Notes: generated by a model not told the origin, from the letters alone. Positions 1 to 17,087 are shown, counted from the first letter of the stretch. The stretch: 64,000 nt of DNA from Eledone cirrhosa (GCA_964016885.1 OZ024741.1:150846001-150910000), one strand, 5' to 3'. Program-made: numbers and translations.

Positions 1-153
1 TATATAATATATATATATATACTTATATATATATGCATATATATATATTATAATTATATATATATATTTTAATTATATATATATATAAATATATAAATAT
101 ATATATATAAATATATAATTATAATATATATATATATATATATATAATTATAA

Positions 154-187
<34 letters not shown>

Positions 188-340
188 CATATATGTATAT
201 ATAAATATATATTATATATATATAATATACATATATAAATATTATATATATATATATTATAATTATATATATATATAAATATATATTATAATTATATATA
301 TATATAAATATATAATTATAATATATATGTATATATATAA

Positions 341-407
<67 letters not shown>

Positions 408-454
408 CATATATATATATATATAAATATATATATATACATATACATATATAT

Positions 455-570
<116 letters not shown>

Positions 571-761
571 TGTTATACTTGGGGAGGGTCATATTTGTGT
601 AATAATATTGCCAGAATTAATAACAGAACACACTCACTCTTTGGTTGGTTTTCGCTTCTGTGTCTTTTATATCGGTTAATTTAATTTATTTGGCCCTCAA
701 TGTTGCCATTGACTGACAAACGGCCAAAAATACAGATACAATATAAACACAAACACATATA

Positions 762-810
762 TATAGTCTAACAAAGTTCTTTCGTTGCACATCTGCAACA
801 TCGTCAGTAG
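762..810 (-). ncRNA. degenerate type I hammerhead ribozyme
   Basis: Minus strand reads cua CUGACGA u GUUGCA gaug UGCAAC GAAA g...; core and 6-bp stem II are clear, stems I and III are poor. Confidence 0.45.
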
Positions 811-959
811 TGCTATTATGTTTCCTCCCGTTGTATTGTATGCCTACGCCATCTTTATTTAGTCTGTTTATTTATTTATTTATTTATTTATAAATATATA
901 TATATATATTATATATATATATTATATATATATTATAATTATATATATATATATAATTA

Positions 960-1068
960 GAATCCAGCCGAGGTTAACTTTGCCTTTCATGCTTACGGGG
1001 TCGATAAAATAAAGTACCAGTAATGTACTGGTGAATTGGTGGCCTTGTGCCTAAATTAGAAACAATTA
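960..1068 (+). mobile_element. 5'-truncated tRNA-derived Meta-domain SINE (family S1)
   Basis: ccgaggttaactttgcctttcat...ggggtcgataaaataaagtaccag...ggccttgtgcc...gaaacaatta, shared with about 16 other copies in the window. Confidence 0.85.
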
Positions 1069-1206
1069 TAGTTATATATATATATATATATATTATAATT
1101 ATATATATATATAAATATCTAATTATAATATATATATATATAAATATCTACATATATATACATATATATATATATATACATATATCTATATATATATATA
1201 TATACA

Positions 1207-1304
<98 letters not shown>

Positions 1305-1707
1305 TGTGTGTGTCCGTCGGCACGTGTTTAGACGTAGACATGTATACATACATATATTTATATATAGATATACATACACACACACACACTCACACACACA
1401 CACTCACACACACCCACACCCCCCCACACACACATACACACACACACACATATACATATATACATACATATATAATCAAGGTTATGATAGATGTACAATT
1501 TATATTTTACAAGAGTCTAATGAAGGAAAAAGTGTTTACATTTCCATTGAGCTGGTACCAGGAATAACGAAATACATGAATAACGCTTACATACTCACAC
1601 ACATATAGACACACATGCAAATACACATTCGCAAATTACAATCCAAATCAGAACAACAATACTAAGAACAACAAAAACAACACCAACTCAACTTGTATGT
1701 ATGCACG

Positions 1708-1857
<150 letters not shown>

Positions 1858-1869
1858 TATATATATATA

Positions 1870-1913
<44 letters not shown>

Positions 1914-1939
1914 CTTACATATATATATATATACATATG

Positions 1940-1969
<30 letters not shown>

Positions 1970-1971
<2 letters not shown>

Positions 1972-2023
1972 CTCTTTTACCTGTTTCAGCCATCCGGCTG
2001 AGGCCATGCTGGGGCACCGCCCT
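1970..2023 (-). mobile_element. 3' tail fragment of SINE family S2
   Basis: Reverse complement ggcggtgccccagcatggcc...ctgaaacaggtaaaagag matches the tail at about 55197-55245. Confidence 0.6.
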
Positions 2024-2105
2024 TGTATATATATATACATACTTACATATATATACATATATATATATACATATATATATATAATACTCTCACATACACG
2101 TATAT

Positions 2106-2151
<46 letters not shown>

Positions 2152-2195
2152 ACTTACATATATATATATATATACATATGTATGTATATATATAC

Positions 2196-2272
<77 letters not shown>

Positions 2273-2352
2273 CATATGTATGTATATATATATATACATA
2301 CTTACATATATATATATATATACATATGTATGTATATATATATAATACTTAC

Positions 2353-2383
<31 letters not shown>

Positions 2384-3258
2384 TATATATAATACTCTCA
2401 CATACACGTATATATGTAATTTAAAAACAAATAAACGGAATAAAGTATTTTTCAATAATGTTATTTGTAATAATTGCAAATTGTAATACATTCTGCTATG
2501 CATGCAAGCAAGCAGTATACGGGGTTAGTTTACAAAAGTGCGTACACACACACGCACACATACACTCACACACGCACACATACACTCACGCACACACACA
2601 CACGCACACACGCACACACACATACACACTACGCGAGAGAGAGAGAGAGTGAGAGAGAGAGAGAGAGAGACGGAAGGGGAGAGAGAGAGAGAAATAAAAA
2701 AGAGTGAGAGTGAACAGGAGTAATTGATGAAAACAAAATTACCATATAGTAAGAGATACGTCACACCTTTGTATCCATTTTGTTTGCTGACACAGTTATA
2801 TATCTTATACACTCACACACATTCACACACATTCACACACACACGTATACACACCCTCACGCACGTACATATATATATATATATTAAGAAGCTCGCTTTA
2901 TATTCATGTAATTAAGAGTCCAGTCACAGCATCCCCCTTTCGTGGCGTAAGCCCGACGTGTATATATAATTGTCTACTCTCATGTTCTGTTGTATACTTT
3001 TTACTTACATACGCCCAAAACTAACAAGATACAAAAGAAAGCAAGAAAACTTTGAGAAGAAGTATCCATGGAGATTTCCCGATCGTCAGCTTTCTACTGT
3101 TATTGTAGTGCACCAATAACTACTAAGGAAAGAAATCTATTCTAGATTATGAATATATATTTATATATATAGTAATAATAATAAATTTGAAGACTAAAAT
3201 CCCAAAAGGGCTCGATAAGGATATCAAATATATATCAAATATATAAGAACCGTAGAGC

Positions 3259-3297
<39 letters not shown>

Positions 3298-3300
<3 letters not shown>

Positions 3301-3732
3301 AAAAGAATTAGGACTGCGACGGCTGAGCTCCGGCCGTTTCGACAGCTAGATCCGAACTGTTCGGATCTAGGTACCTGACTCTTTTCCCATTACCCACTCA
3401 ATTATCGTAAGTATCGAGTACTATGGTGCGTTTTGGTCCACCTGGTATCGTACCACACCTAATTCCGTATTGGATCCTAATTCCGTAATGGATCACTCTT
3501 CGACCAATACCACAGTTCGGACCTAGCTGTCGAAACGGTCGAATCGCAGCCATCGGGGTCCTGATTCTTTTCCTATTACCCACTCTACTACCCTACGTAT
3601 TGAGTACTCTGGTGCGTTATGGTCCACCTGATATCTTACCACACCTTCTTTGTTTATATATATATATGTATATGAAAAGATTCAGGACCCCGACGACTGA
3701 GTTCTGGACGTTTCGACAGCTAGATCCGGACT
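3298..3732. mobile_element. cluster of ORF-less half-hammerhead fold-back elements (family H-half)
   Basis: Three partial copies of cuagcuguc GAAACGGC cggagcuca GCCGUC gggguc plus a conserved tail (actctggtgcgttatggtccacctg...ttaccaca); same family at 8674, 28078, 49945 and 50068. Confidence 0.75.
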
Positions 3733-3799
3733 TTGTTATTATTTGTAAATTGTATTATTGATTTTCTTTTTCTATTAATTTCACAATTACTATGATTTT

Positions 3800-4930
3800 C
3801 AATTAAAAGCAGCATATCATCACAATATAAACCAATAGCTACAATCTTAAGTTAGAAATAGAGAATAACTATAAAATTGTTAACTTTTTAGACGTAACAT
3901 TAACACAGGGCTGTACTATCCTATCCATTCCATAACATTAATGAGAATCTAAACTATGTAAGTTTTAACTCTAATCATCCTAGAGCTCTCAAGAACACTA
4001 TTGTAAATTCTATCCAACAACGTATTTCACGCATATCCGCTAATAAAAACATTTTTGACGATAAGGCAGAATATTATAATGAAGCTTTAAATAGAGCAGG
4101 CTATATAAATAAGATTAAATACACCAACAACAGTGATAAGGAAAATAACCCTACTATTAATTATAATTACAATAAAAAATGTAACTGAAACTCGAAAACT
4201 AACAGAAGAAATAGAACTAGAAATATAATTTGGTACTCACCCCCATTCTCATTAAGCGTTAAAACACCTTTAGCAAAGCTATTCTTTAAAGCACTAGATA
4301 AATGTTTTCCAAAAGCCCATAGAGACCACTCAATCTTTAACAGGCATACAATAAAATTATCTTACTCTACTACTATGAACATAGCACAAAATATAAATAG
4401 AATCAATAATAGAAATTTAAACCATAACCAAAATAGCAGTAATATCTCTAGCAATATCCAGCATATTAGTACCGTTCCGAATAACATCAACACCGCTAAA
4501 TGTAACTGTAGAGTTAAATCAAACTGTCCTTTAAAAAATAAGTGCTTAGATAAGGACGTGGTCTATAAATGCACAATCAAAACCAGTGATAATATATTTA
4601 ACTATGTAGGTTCAACTTCTACAGACTTTAAAAGTCGTTGGAATAATCATAAATGCTCTTTCCGAAAACTTGATAAAAAATCTTCAACTTCTCTATCAAA
4701 CCTGATATGGAAATTAAATTGCAAAAATATGGACTATTCTTCAACTTGGGAAATAATTTCGAAAGCACCTGCCTACCGAAACACAGCTTTATCTTGATTT
4801 TGCAAATTGTCTGTTGAGGAAATTTTCTTCATACTTAAATGTAAGAACTCTATTAATGTACGAATGAATTTATTTAGTTCTTGTAAACATCACCTAAATT
4901 CAACGTTTAGAACTATATATAAATTATAAT
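3800..4930 (+). mobile_element. Penelope-like element remnant (RT thumb/linker + GIY-YIG endonuclease), with stops
   Basis: Translates as NFLDVTL...SNHP...IIWYSPPFSLSVKT...CNCRVKSNCPLKNKCL...VVYKC...YVGSTSTDFKSRWNNH (ORF 4375-4797). Confidence 0.9.
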
Positions 4931-5551
4931 TACACTTATAATATTTCTACTTATTTCCATAACAATCTTATCCACTCTGTTTTAATATATTGTTATCTCT
5001 AAATCATATCTATAATATTTGCTATAATTTCACTTCTTAAAATTTCTTAAAATATATACATATATGATCCTAACTTTAAAATTTTTAAATTTTAATTTTT
5101 AATTTTAATTTTAATTTTAATAATTTTTTTTAATTTTTTTTTTTTTTTTCTTAAATTTTTCATATATTTTTAAAAATTACTTATTTTAAAAATTACTTAT
5201 TTTTTAAAAAATTTACTTATCTCTTATAAATTATGTTTTAAAAATTTTCCCGAATTTTTAATATTTTTTAATAAAATTTTTTAATATCTTTTATTAGATT
5301 TATAACCACTAAATTCAGGCTAAATATATCTTTCAACATTTATAACTTTAACATTTATACTTATTTTGACAAAATAGTCTCATACTAACGAATAAATAAA
5401 CAAAACTGGAGTTTTTTCCGTATCTTCTTAGTTAACTTAATTTAATTTAACTCAATATTTACTTACATTAAATATAAAATAATATCCCCCATTAAAATAA
5501 TTATCTATAACACGATATACCCATCTATCCATTTATCTATCTATTTATCTA

Positions 5552-5597
<46 letters not shown>

Positions 5598-5602
5598 CGG
5601 GC

Positions 5603-5667
<65 letters not shown>

Positions 5668-6343
5668 TATGGGAGTTTATATGCGTATGTTGTTATACAT
5701 ACCATAGATGATGGTAAGCAAACGGGACTGATAAGCCTTGAATGACGTGCTTTATTTTATTTGTTGTATATTTCTCTTGAGAGTTACCCGACCACACTAA
5801 AATAAAAACCACGTACACGCGAGACTTGTAACACAAAGTCCATTTTATGTTTGTCCTACATCGTCTGCCATCTTGTCTCTACTTGCTATATGCATATTGA
5901 TTGGTTGCCAAATAATCTTGTGAAATATAGTGTACAGTTTACCTAAAGACACACACATATGTATTTACTTGAAGAGATGATAGATAATGTTCACTTCAGT
6001 GAAAATTGAACACAAACACAGAGGCCAGCAGCAAATATTGCAAAACATTCTACCCGACATACAACAAATTCTGGTATTCATGACATACAGGAACACACAT
6101 ATATACCCGTAGGCACCACATACATATACATATATGTCTATTTATATCAATACACATATTCAAATATACACTAATATATATATAAATATATATAAGAATT
6201 AAAATACTAGAGTGTGTTGGAGTTAAACACCCTCTTCGTATTATAGAAATGACAGTAAAGGTATAGCTCAATGTAATTAAACAGAGCCGAAGAATTATGA
6301 AAATAAACCAAAGAAGCCTTCAATACATCAAAAGTCTTTATTA

Positions 6344-6381
6344 GCCAACAATGTTTCGTCCTATTAAGGACTCATCAGGGC
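6344..6381 (-). ncRNA. minimal type I hammerhead ribozyme, canonical core
   Basis: gcc CUGAUGA GUCCU uaau AGGAC GAAAC auu GUU|ggc; all three stems pair. Confidence 0.85.
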
Positions 6382-6436
6382 AATTAAAGTTATAAGAAGC
6401 ACTATCGGCCAATATAAATATATATATATATATATA

Positions 6437-9430
<2,994 letters not shown>

Positions 9431-9611
9431 AGACACACATACATGGAGTTCACTAGAATACAGCGCATATGTATGTCTGTTTGTCTGTGTCGCTGTGTGT
9501 CTAGTTCTGTATATTAATATGTATGTTTGTCACTATATATGTGTATATACATGTGTATGTGTATGTGTTTGTGACTATATGTATGCATATATATGTTTAT
9601 GTCGTTATTAT

Positions 9612-9803
9612 GCGGTGGATTGGTAGTATAGGTAGAGAGTCGGACGCCATGCTTTCCAGCATAGTTACGTCACTTTACGGTCTGAGTTCAAATCCCACCG
9701 AGGTTCACTTTGCCTTTCATCCTTACGGGGTCGATAAAATAAAGTACCAATAATGTACTGGTTCATTGCTGGTCTTGTGCCAATAGTAGAAACAGTTATT
9801 ATT
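9612..9803 (+). mobile_element. SINE S1, near full length
   Basis: A-box-like tggtagtataggtag, B-box gagttcaaatccc, Meta domain, (TTA) tail. Confidence 0.9.
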
Positions 9804-10312
9804 TATGTTTAACATCACCGGTTCTTACCAACCCATTGAACAGTTAACTTAACGTCTTTTCCTTCACTCTATCCATTACTTTATACATGCATACATACAT
9901 ACATACATACATACATACATACATACATACATACATACACACACACACAGACGCACATATATATATGTAACTATTGGGTACATACACAACGAACCGTACG
10001 TATACATATATATATATATAAACAGTACATATATTTGCATATTCATACATACATGCACACGTAAATACATACACATATGATAAATATTTATGCCACAAAT
10101 TTAATTTATATATATATATATATGCATGTATGTATGAATATGCAAATATATATATATATATATGTACATGCATATTTCCTTATAATTTACTGTTCCATAA
10201 GTTTGTTGTTAAAGCCAGCAGATATGAGGAAACACACACTTGCACACACGCAAACACATATACACACACATTTCTCTCTTACTCTTTCTCTTTCGCTCTC
10301 TCTGTCTCGCCA

Positions 10313-10367
<55 letters not shown>

Positions 10368-11043
10368 TCTCTCTCTCTCTCACACACACTTATATACACA
10401 AACAGAAAAGGCAACGAAATAAGAGCCTTAACAGTTGCAATGAAAATACAATGCACTACAATCTAAAAACAAACAAACAAATAGGGAAAAAACATTTAAA
10501 TAATCCTAAAATATTAGTTTAAAAAAACAAAATCAATTAATACAAATAAAATGACAAACATTTAAGAAAATCAATTTTATAAAATAGAAGCACATTTAAT
10601 ATGCAAAAATGAATAAACATAGAGTTTGTGTTTCATCATTGTGTAGAGAGAATATCTCATTGAAAATACCCCTGTAGACTGTATTTCTATCATTTAGAAT
10701 AATCGACGAATTAATATGCCATTATTTGCCTCGAGATGTGGTTATCGTTTTCCAATAATTCATGCAGTATAATCGTGACTTCTACAGGTTATAATAGTAT
10801 GACGGATGGCAGATAATGAAATAAGTCGGGGGAAGATATGCCGTAGAAACTACAAGATTTGTTTTAATAATTTAACTCGCCTTACTGCTATGAGTTCAAA
10901 ATACGTCTAGTTCAAGAGTTCAAACATTACATTTACAGCATTATATATATACAGTTATTTATTACACAAACAAATACGAGACACGTGTTTCATTGACATC
11001 AATTTATTACGAAACTAAAATCACTAAACACACACGCACACAC

Positions 11044-11084
<41 letters not shown>

Positions 11085-11088
<4 letters not shown>

Positions 11089-11460
11089 TGTATATATAGT
11101 GTATTTTGCAATACACTGTATGCTTAATCAAAAGCATTTCGAAGACCCTACGCTATTGTTTTAGAGTAGTGACAGTCTCACTTACATTAATTTTCAGCAA
11201 CCGCTCTGTATAATCAGTTCCTGATTATTACTAGAATTCTATAAGAATCAAATATTCATGATTTTCAGCAAACAGCAGGAGTAGTTAGCTTTGATACGCA
11301 TCAAAAAGTGCGAAACAGAGCTCTGTCAGCTTTATCTCCCCTGTTTGCTGAAAATTAAAGTAAGTGAGACTGCCACTACTCTAAAACAATAGCGTAAGAT
11401 CTTCGAAATGTTTTTAATTAAGCATAGTGTATTGCAAAATACACTATATATACATTCATA
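11085..11460. repeat. fold-back element with degenerate hammerhead-like 3' half in each arm
   Basis: Arms at about 11085-11200 and 11345-11460; GAAAUGCUU uugauu AAGCAUA|cag stem III is present but the 5' core is not canonical. Confidence 0.6.
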
Positions 11461-11488
11461 TATATATATCGCTATTTCAGAGCACCAA

Positions 11489-11578
<90 letters not shown>

Positions 11579-12199
11579 AGAGTATTGAAGTTTGCTTGAA
11601 GCATTGTGGAATAATAAGATTTATTTTCTTTTGGTCGTTTTGGAAGCCTCAACAATGCAGATGGATAATTCTCCGGGTAACAGGATCCGGTGGTGAAGAG
11701 AGAGATGTAAGGGAGTGTAGAATGAGATGTATAGTGTGTAGACGAACGTAGGAAAGAGCTTAAAAAATAAAAATAATAACACGAGATGGAGTTATCTTGG
11801 GAGAGATTTAATTGTCCCTATATTTCGGATCCATCAACCGGTGAGTTTTCTGGGGGGTGGAGGTCGGGGAAGGTTATCTGTCGGAGAGGAACGGTACATG
11901 TCCTCTGCTGTTCGCTGTTTGTGACTAACTGAGGTATTCTGCAGAGCGCACGGTATAGGTGCGGTCAAGCAAAGGTCGAAGCAGTTCTTTTAATTGTGGG
12001 AGTGGGATGGCGTTAGCTGTCAGTCCATTGTACTATTTATCTGTGCTGGTTTTTGGAACTAGCAGTGTAGTATAGTCGTATGGGAGTAGTCTGCCTGGTC
12101 GCTATTTTAGGTCGGTGGATGGTGGCGGTTCTACACACAAAAACAATCGTTCGAATGTCCGAATGACACTGTGTGTGTGTGTGTGTGCGTGTTTTGGTG

Positions 12200-14347
12200 T
12201 CTCGTTTGTTTACACCAACCAACTCATCTCGCTTCTCTCGGATCGGTTATTTATTTGCGGCTTTAAGCGTTTGATCCAAAGTGCTTCCTTGATTAGTAAC
12301 GTCCCGACGTTGCGTTCTGTCGCTAGCACTGTGACAATGGGCCTTCCGTCTTTGTTTCCGCATTTGGGTATGTGTTTCCGGGAAGACGAGGCCCTGGTGT
12401 TGATGTGCTCCTTGATCAGGATATGTAGCAGCCGGATTGTGCTACCGATATAGTAGTCGTTGCACTTGTCACATTCTACCCTGTATACAACGTATGTGTG
12501 TAAGCAACAGTTCGTATGGCGCATCGGACAGTTTATGAGGGAACACGCGTCAGTCGATTTCCCGGGTTTCCTGGAGAGGCATATCCGCAGGGAGGGGATC
12601 GAGTGGGCCAGGTGGATGTCAAGGCCCTCTCTCCATATAGCCCTGCGGATAGCGTTAGTGGTATTCTCGCCCAGGTGTGGTATTTTAAGGAAGCACTTGC
12701 CTTGGGTGTTTCTCTACCTCTTGCGTCTGGTGTCTCTGACTCTGTTTGTGAGCGAGGCAGGGTATCCCTTCGTCTCCAGCACCCTGAGGAATCGCTTGGT
12801 GTGGGTGACACCACTCGCGGGATCGCTACATCTGTTTTTAATTCGCGTGATCTCGTTCGTAATGTACCCTCTTTTAGCAGTTAGGGAGGGCAGACTTGTA
12901 GTGGACGAACAAGTCCCTGCAGGCTGCCTTGCGGTAGAAGTTGGTGTGGATGCCTCCCTGCTCCGTGATGTTGATTCGGAAGTCGATGAGGGCAAGTGAC
13001 CCGTCGTCGCTGGGGTGTTCAACACTGAAATCAATGTTCTCGCCGTGTTGAACGTCTCATAAATCCCGCTCGCCATCTCCTGGGAAGATGTGAGGATGAG
13101 GATGTCGTCCACGTACCTTGAGAAAAAGGCGACGGCGTTGGGGTGGAAGGTGTTGAGTACCTTGCGCTCGAGGCTGTCCATGTATGAGATCGCTAGCACA
13201 CCCGACAGGCTTGAGCCATGGGCAGCCCCGAGGTTTGCTGGTATGTTTGGTCGAGAAAACCGAAGTATGTGTTGTCAACGACGACGGATAGGAGTTGGTG
13301 GATGTCAGTAGGGGTGAGCCCGAAGCAGTGTAGGTCGGTAGGTTGGACGCGTTCCATCAGTACATCAACGACCGGGAGCGCCGGAACCGAGGTGTAAAGA
13401 GCGACCACACCAAGGCTGAAGGCATATCTGTTAGCCTTTCTGGTGTCGGGATCCATTTGATGCAGGCGCTCCAACCCCTCCTCGGAGCTGTTTACGTGTC
13501 CCGGCAAGGTGTCTAGTATGGGTTTGAGTATTCTGGCTAGGAGCCATGATATTTTGTAGAGCGGTCCTTCCACGCTCGATGCAATGGGTTTGATCTTCAG
13601 GTCGGGTCCCTGTTTGTGTGTTTTCACAAGGTGGTAGAAGGCGGGTAGTCTGCTGTTCCTCGTGAGGAGGTTGTACCTGAGCTTCTTCGGGAGCTTCCGC
13701 CGGTCACAGATGTTGGTCCAGGCGGCGTTGATGTGCTTCTCGGTCTGCGCGGGAGTGATTTCTGTGACTTTGGAGTGTTTTAACCTGATGAGTTTAGTGT
13801 CAAGTTTGTGGCTGGTGGGTGGGGTGGAGTGGGTTGTCGAGGTGGTAAGTTGGGATTTGGGGAGGGTTGTGTGGGCGCTGTTATTTTCCGTGGCGCTGTT
13901 GATGGCGGTCACCCATTTAAGTTGGTAGGCGGCTCGACTGAAGTTGGCTTCGATGTCGAGTTTGAGTCTATCGTCGAGTCGTTGTGAGACGATGAACTTG
14001 GGTCCGAGACGTAGGAGTTCCAGCTCATCGTTCGTGAGGGTACCGGTTAGGTCGGTGACCAGGTGCGTCGCATCGTTGAGGTGTGGCTTGGTGTTGGTGG
14101 ATGTGGCGGCGGCGGTTGTTACGTTGCTGTTTTTCACGTTGTTCTGGTCTGTCTGTTTGTTAGTGTCGGTGTTCTCGTTGTGGAGTTTAAGCAAGATCCA
14201 CTCATATTTCCGCTTGAGCCGTTTCTTTTCGTGTTGGACTCTGGAGTGGTAGCACTGGTCGATTGCTTTTGTGATTTTAAGGAGCAAGTCGCTGGGTGTT
14301 ATTGTTAGTCGATGTGTCCGCTCTGATAGTGTCTGCTTATGGATGTG
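12200..14347 (-). mobile_element. Penelope-like retroelement, RT + GIY-YIG, frameshifted and 5'-truncated
   Basis: ORFs 13193-14287 (LRLGPKF, FYHLVKTHK, ALYTSVP, QTSGLPM), 12714-13199 (RYVDD) and 12210-12524 (VVYRVECDKCNDYYIGST...KEH...KEALWI..LKPQIN). Confidence 0.95.
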
Positions 14348-14380
14348 TATATATATAATATATATATATATATATACACA

Positions 14381-14977
14381 GCGACAGCGGCCACACCCCG
14401 GTAAACCGCCTTGGCTGGCGGGCCGAACCAGGTTGAGGGTAGCCGGATGGGTCTGAAACCCCCCGGTGAGTTAGATAGGGGATGCCTGCCCCTGCATGCG
14501 AAGACTGGACCCGTCGGAGTGAGTGGAGGAGGACAACATCGTCCCAACGGTCACAAAGGCAGCGACAGCAAGTGGTGTAGAGCGCTAAGGCACGGCAAGG
14601 CACTACAGACGTCGTGGCCATCCACTGCAGCCAAGGAAGTCCCTGGTCTTGACGGTCCTCCGTACCACCGGATTCTGGCTTCTGCGGCCGAGTGAGTGGG
14701 ACCGTTTCTGTGCACTGGCCCTCCCACTATAAACCTTTCCCGCACAGGTTTCTTCTTTAGCGTGCACTCCCATAGCCATGCGGCGGGGGCGAGAGGTGGA
14801 GGTAACAGTTCGAGCTAACCTCTGGGAGTTGCCAGTCTGACACCGGTCTCTTCCCCTGCCCCCACTGTCCCCGGACCTGCAAGTCAAGAATCGGCCTCCA
14901 CAGCTACCTTCGTGCCCACGGCAGACGGGAACAACAATAAAGAAGATGTCATCATCGTTTACGATGGACAACCAAGA
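14381..14977 (+). mobile_element. bipartite non-autonomous RTE/BovB-type element (5' UTR joined to 3' end)
   Basis: GC-rich RTE-like 5' UTR to about 14750; 14851-14940 reads FPCPHCPRTCKSRIGLHSYLRAH* (RTE C-terminal C2H2-like); tail hairpin catcgt-tt-acgatg followed by gacaaccaaga; flanked by (TA)n. Confidence 0.8.
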
Positions 14978-15057
14978 TATATATACCCATATATATAGAT
15001 AAGGAAAAGGAAATCGAAAGTGCAACTGGAGTATTTTAAAGGATATTTATTTGTTTC

Positions 15058-15093
15058 CTTTACCGGTTTCACAGTTCTTATGCTTTTCAAAAG
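15058..15093 (-). ncRNA. type I hammerhead, U3-A8 variant (family H-B)
   Basis: cuu UUGAAAA GCA uaagaac UGU GAAAC cg GUA|aag. Confidence 0.75.
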
Positions 15094-15620
15094 TAGAATT
15101 GTGATGGAGGGTTTGTGCTTTTTCTCGCATCTGGTTGGTGTTGGAAAGTTATATTTGTTTTATGTAGAAAGAGTCGCTCGAATTGCTGGGTTTAAAAAAA
15201 AAATAATTTGGTTGGTTGTTGACTGTCACGTGAATAAGTATAATAAATTTCGCGCCAGTTCGCGTTACAAAGTTCTTATTTAAAATTGTGGCTGAAATTG
15301 TTGTTTTTTTATAAGTGTAATTTGGTTGGTTGATGACTGTCATGTGAATAAATATATCATATTTCGCGCCAGTTCGTGTTTCAGGGTTCATTATTGCCAT
15401 TTTCACAGTCATATGATTTGCCATAGAGAGTTTTGATAACGGTCAAGAAATGGGAGGGGGAGAAATCGTTCTGGTTCAGTAAGTATGGCTGATGTACTGA
15501 GGTATCAAAATTCATATATTCTATTGAAATAAATTAAATGTTTGTGTCGATAGTGGTGGTGGTGGTGGTGGTGGTGTTGGCGGCAGTGTAGAGAATAGAA
15601 ATATATCTTTTTGTGTGCGG

Positions 15621-15694
<74 letters not shown>

Positions 15695-15779
15695 ATGCGT
15701 GTGCACGCGCGCGCGCGTGTGTGTGTCTGTGCGGATGGTTAGCATGTTATGGTGTTGACATATTAATGTATATTAAACT

Positions 15780-16015
15780 ATATTTAATGCTGGTCTATAT
15801 TTTTAAATAAACATATTTTCCTTATTTATTCGTATTTGTTCTGTTGTATTGTCAGCGAAAAAATAAAGTGGGAAGACTTGGAATTTGGGTGTCTTATCAC
15901 TTGCGCATATGTCTAGATGTGCACCGAGTGTTATCTGTCTTGTGGTAGGGTCTCGTAATTGTTGGCGATGAATTGTCATCCTGTTTCTGAGTTTAGTTAA
16001 CCCTATATAATCTTC
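15780..16015 (-). mobile_element. Penelope-like GIY-YIG C-terminal fragment
   Basis: EDYIGLTKLRNRMTIHRQQLRDP...HLDIC...RINKENMFI...PALN. Confidence 0.8.
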
Positions 16016-16295
16016 ATTATATACACATACAGGCACACACACATACACATACATATACACATACACATACATACAGGCACACATACATATACACACACAT
16101 GCACATCTTAACTCAAACTACACAAAGATTATTTCCCTTACAATATGTCCTTCGTATCTAAGATACATTCTGACTCATACTTTCCCAAAATGGCTGACTA
16201 AACACATATACTTCCCACGAAAAAACTTTTTTCAGCTTCTTCCGCTCATTATTCTCTTCTATCTTTCTATTTCTTCTGTTATCACTTATTCTATA

Positions 16296-16328
16296 TTCTG
16301 ATGAAGGACTAACGTCCAAAACGTTAAG
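16296..16328 (+). ncRNA. minimal hammerhead (family H-C), G12 mutated
   Basis: uu CUGAUGA a GGAC uaac GUCC aAAAC GUU|aag; same family at 24216 (-) and 28795 (+). Confidence 0.6.
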
Positions 16329-16454
16329 AATCTTCTACTATATCAAGCGTTAAATTAATATACATCTTTGTATATACTGTATTCTTTTTTTGTTTACTTT
16401 TTGCATACATTTGTCGACGGTTACATGGACACCCTAAATTCATTGGATTTTGTA

Positions 16455-16971
16455 TGAATTTTAAAGGTGATGAGATGACTGATGTCATCTACCTTGTTCT
16501 AACAGAAACAAGGAGAAGCAACCGACAGCGCTGTTTCTGTCTGATTGGCCGTTGTCAAGGTTGCGCACACCTTCCTTGCCCCCAACTGGAACTCAAATAA
16601 ACCGAAAACACATAAGGTTTTGGCTTATGCATATGCGCTGATTAACCTCATTTGCATACGGAGCTTAGGCCGGCTCAGTTTGAATGAGAATTAGAATTAG
16701 AATATTCGCTCCAGTATAGCTGTAGACATACGTGTATATGAAGGTTGTATATTGAATAATATACGATATGTTTACGCCACGTGGCTAATCAGTCCATGTA
16801 CATAAGCAATAATCCTATGTTTTCGGCTTACTTAAGTTCCATTAGGAGGCAAGGAAGGGAATACATGACATTGACAACGGTTAAGCAGCCAGAAACAGCG
16901 CTGTCGGTTGCTTCCCCTGGCTACTACTAGAACTAGGTAGATGATGTCAGTTGTCATCCTTAGAATTTATA
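16455..16971. mobile_element. fold-back element (family H-D) with two divergent U3-A8 hammerheads
   Basis: Arms at about 16455-16558 and 16871-16971; HHR 16518-16564 (-): gcaacc UUGACAA cGGC..a GAAAC agcgcu GUC|gguugc; second copy 16871-16911 (+) lacks the 5' strand of stem I. Confidence 0.8.
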
Positions 16972-17029
16972 GCTAAAGGCTTTCAAATATTTATTTGGAA
17001 ACATATCGTATATAATTCGATATACAAGC

Positions 17030-17087
<58 letters not shown>

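Noticed and set aside
14381-14445. HDV-like ribozyme at the RTE 5' end
   Set aside because: No P1 5' strand is present and P3/P2 cannot be paired convincingly by eye
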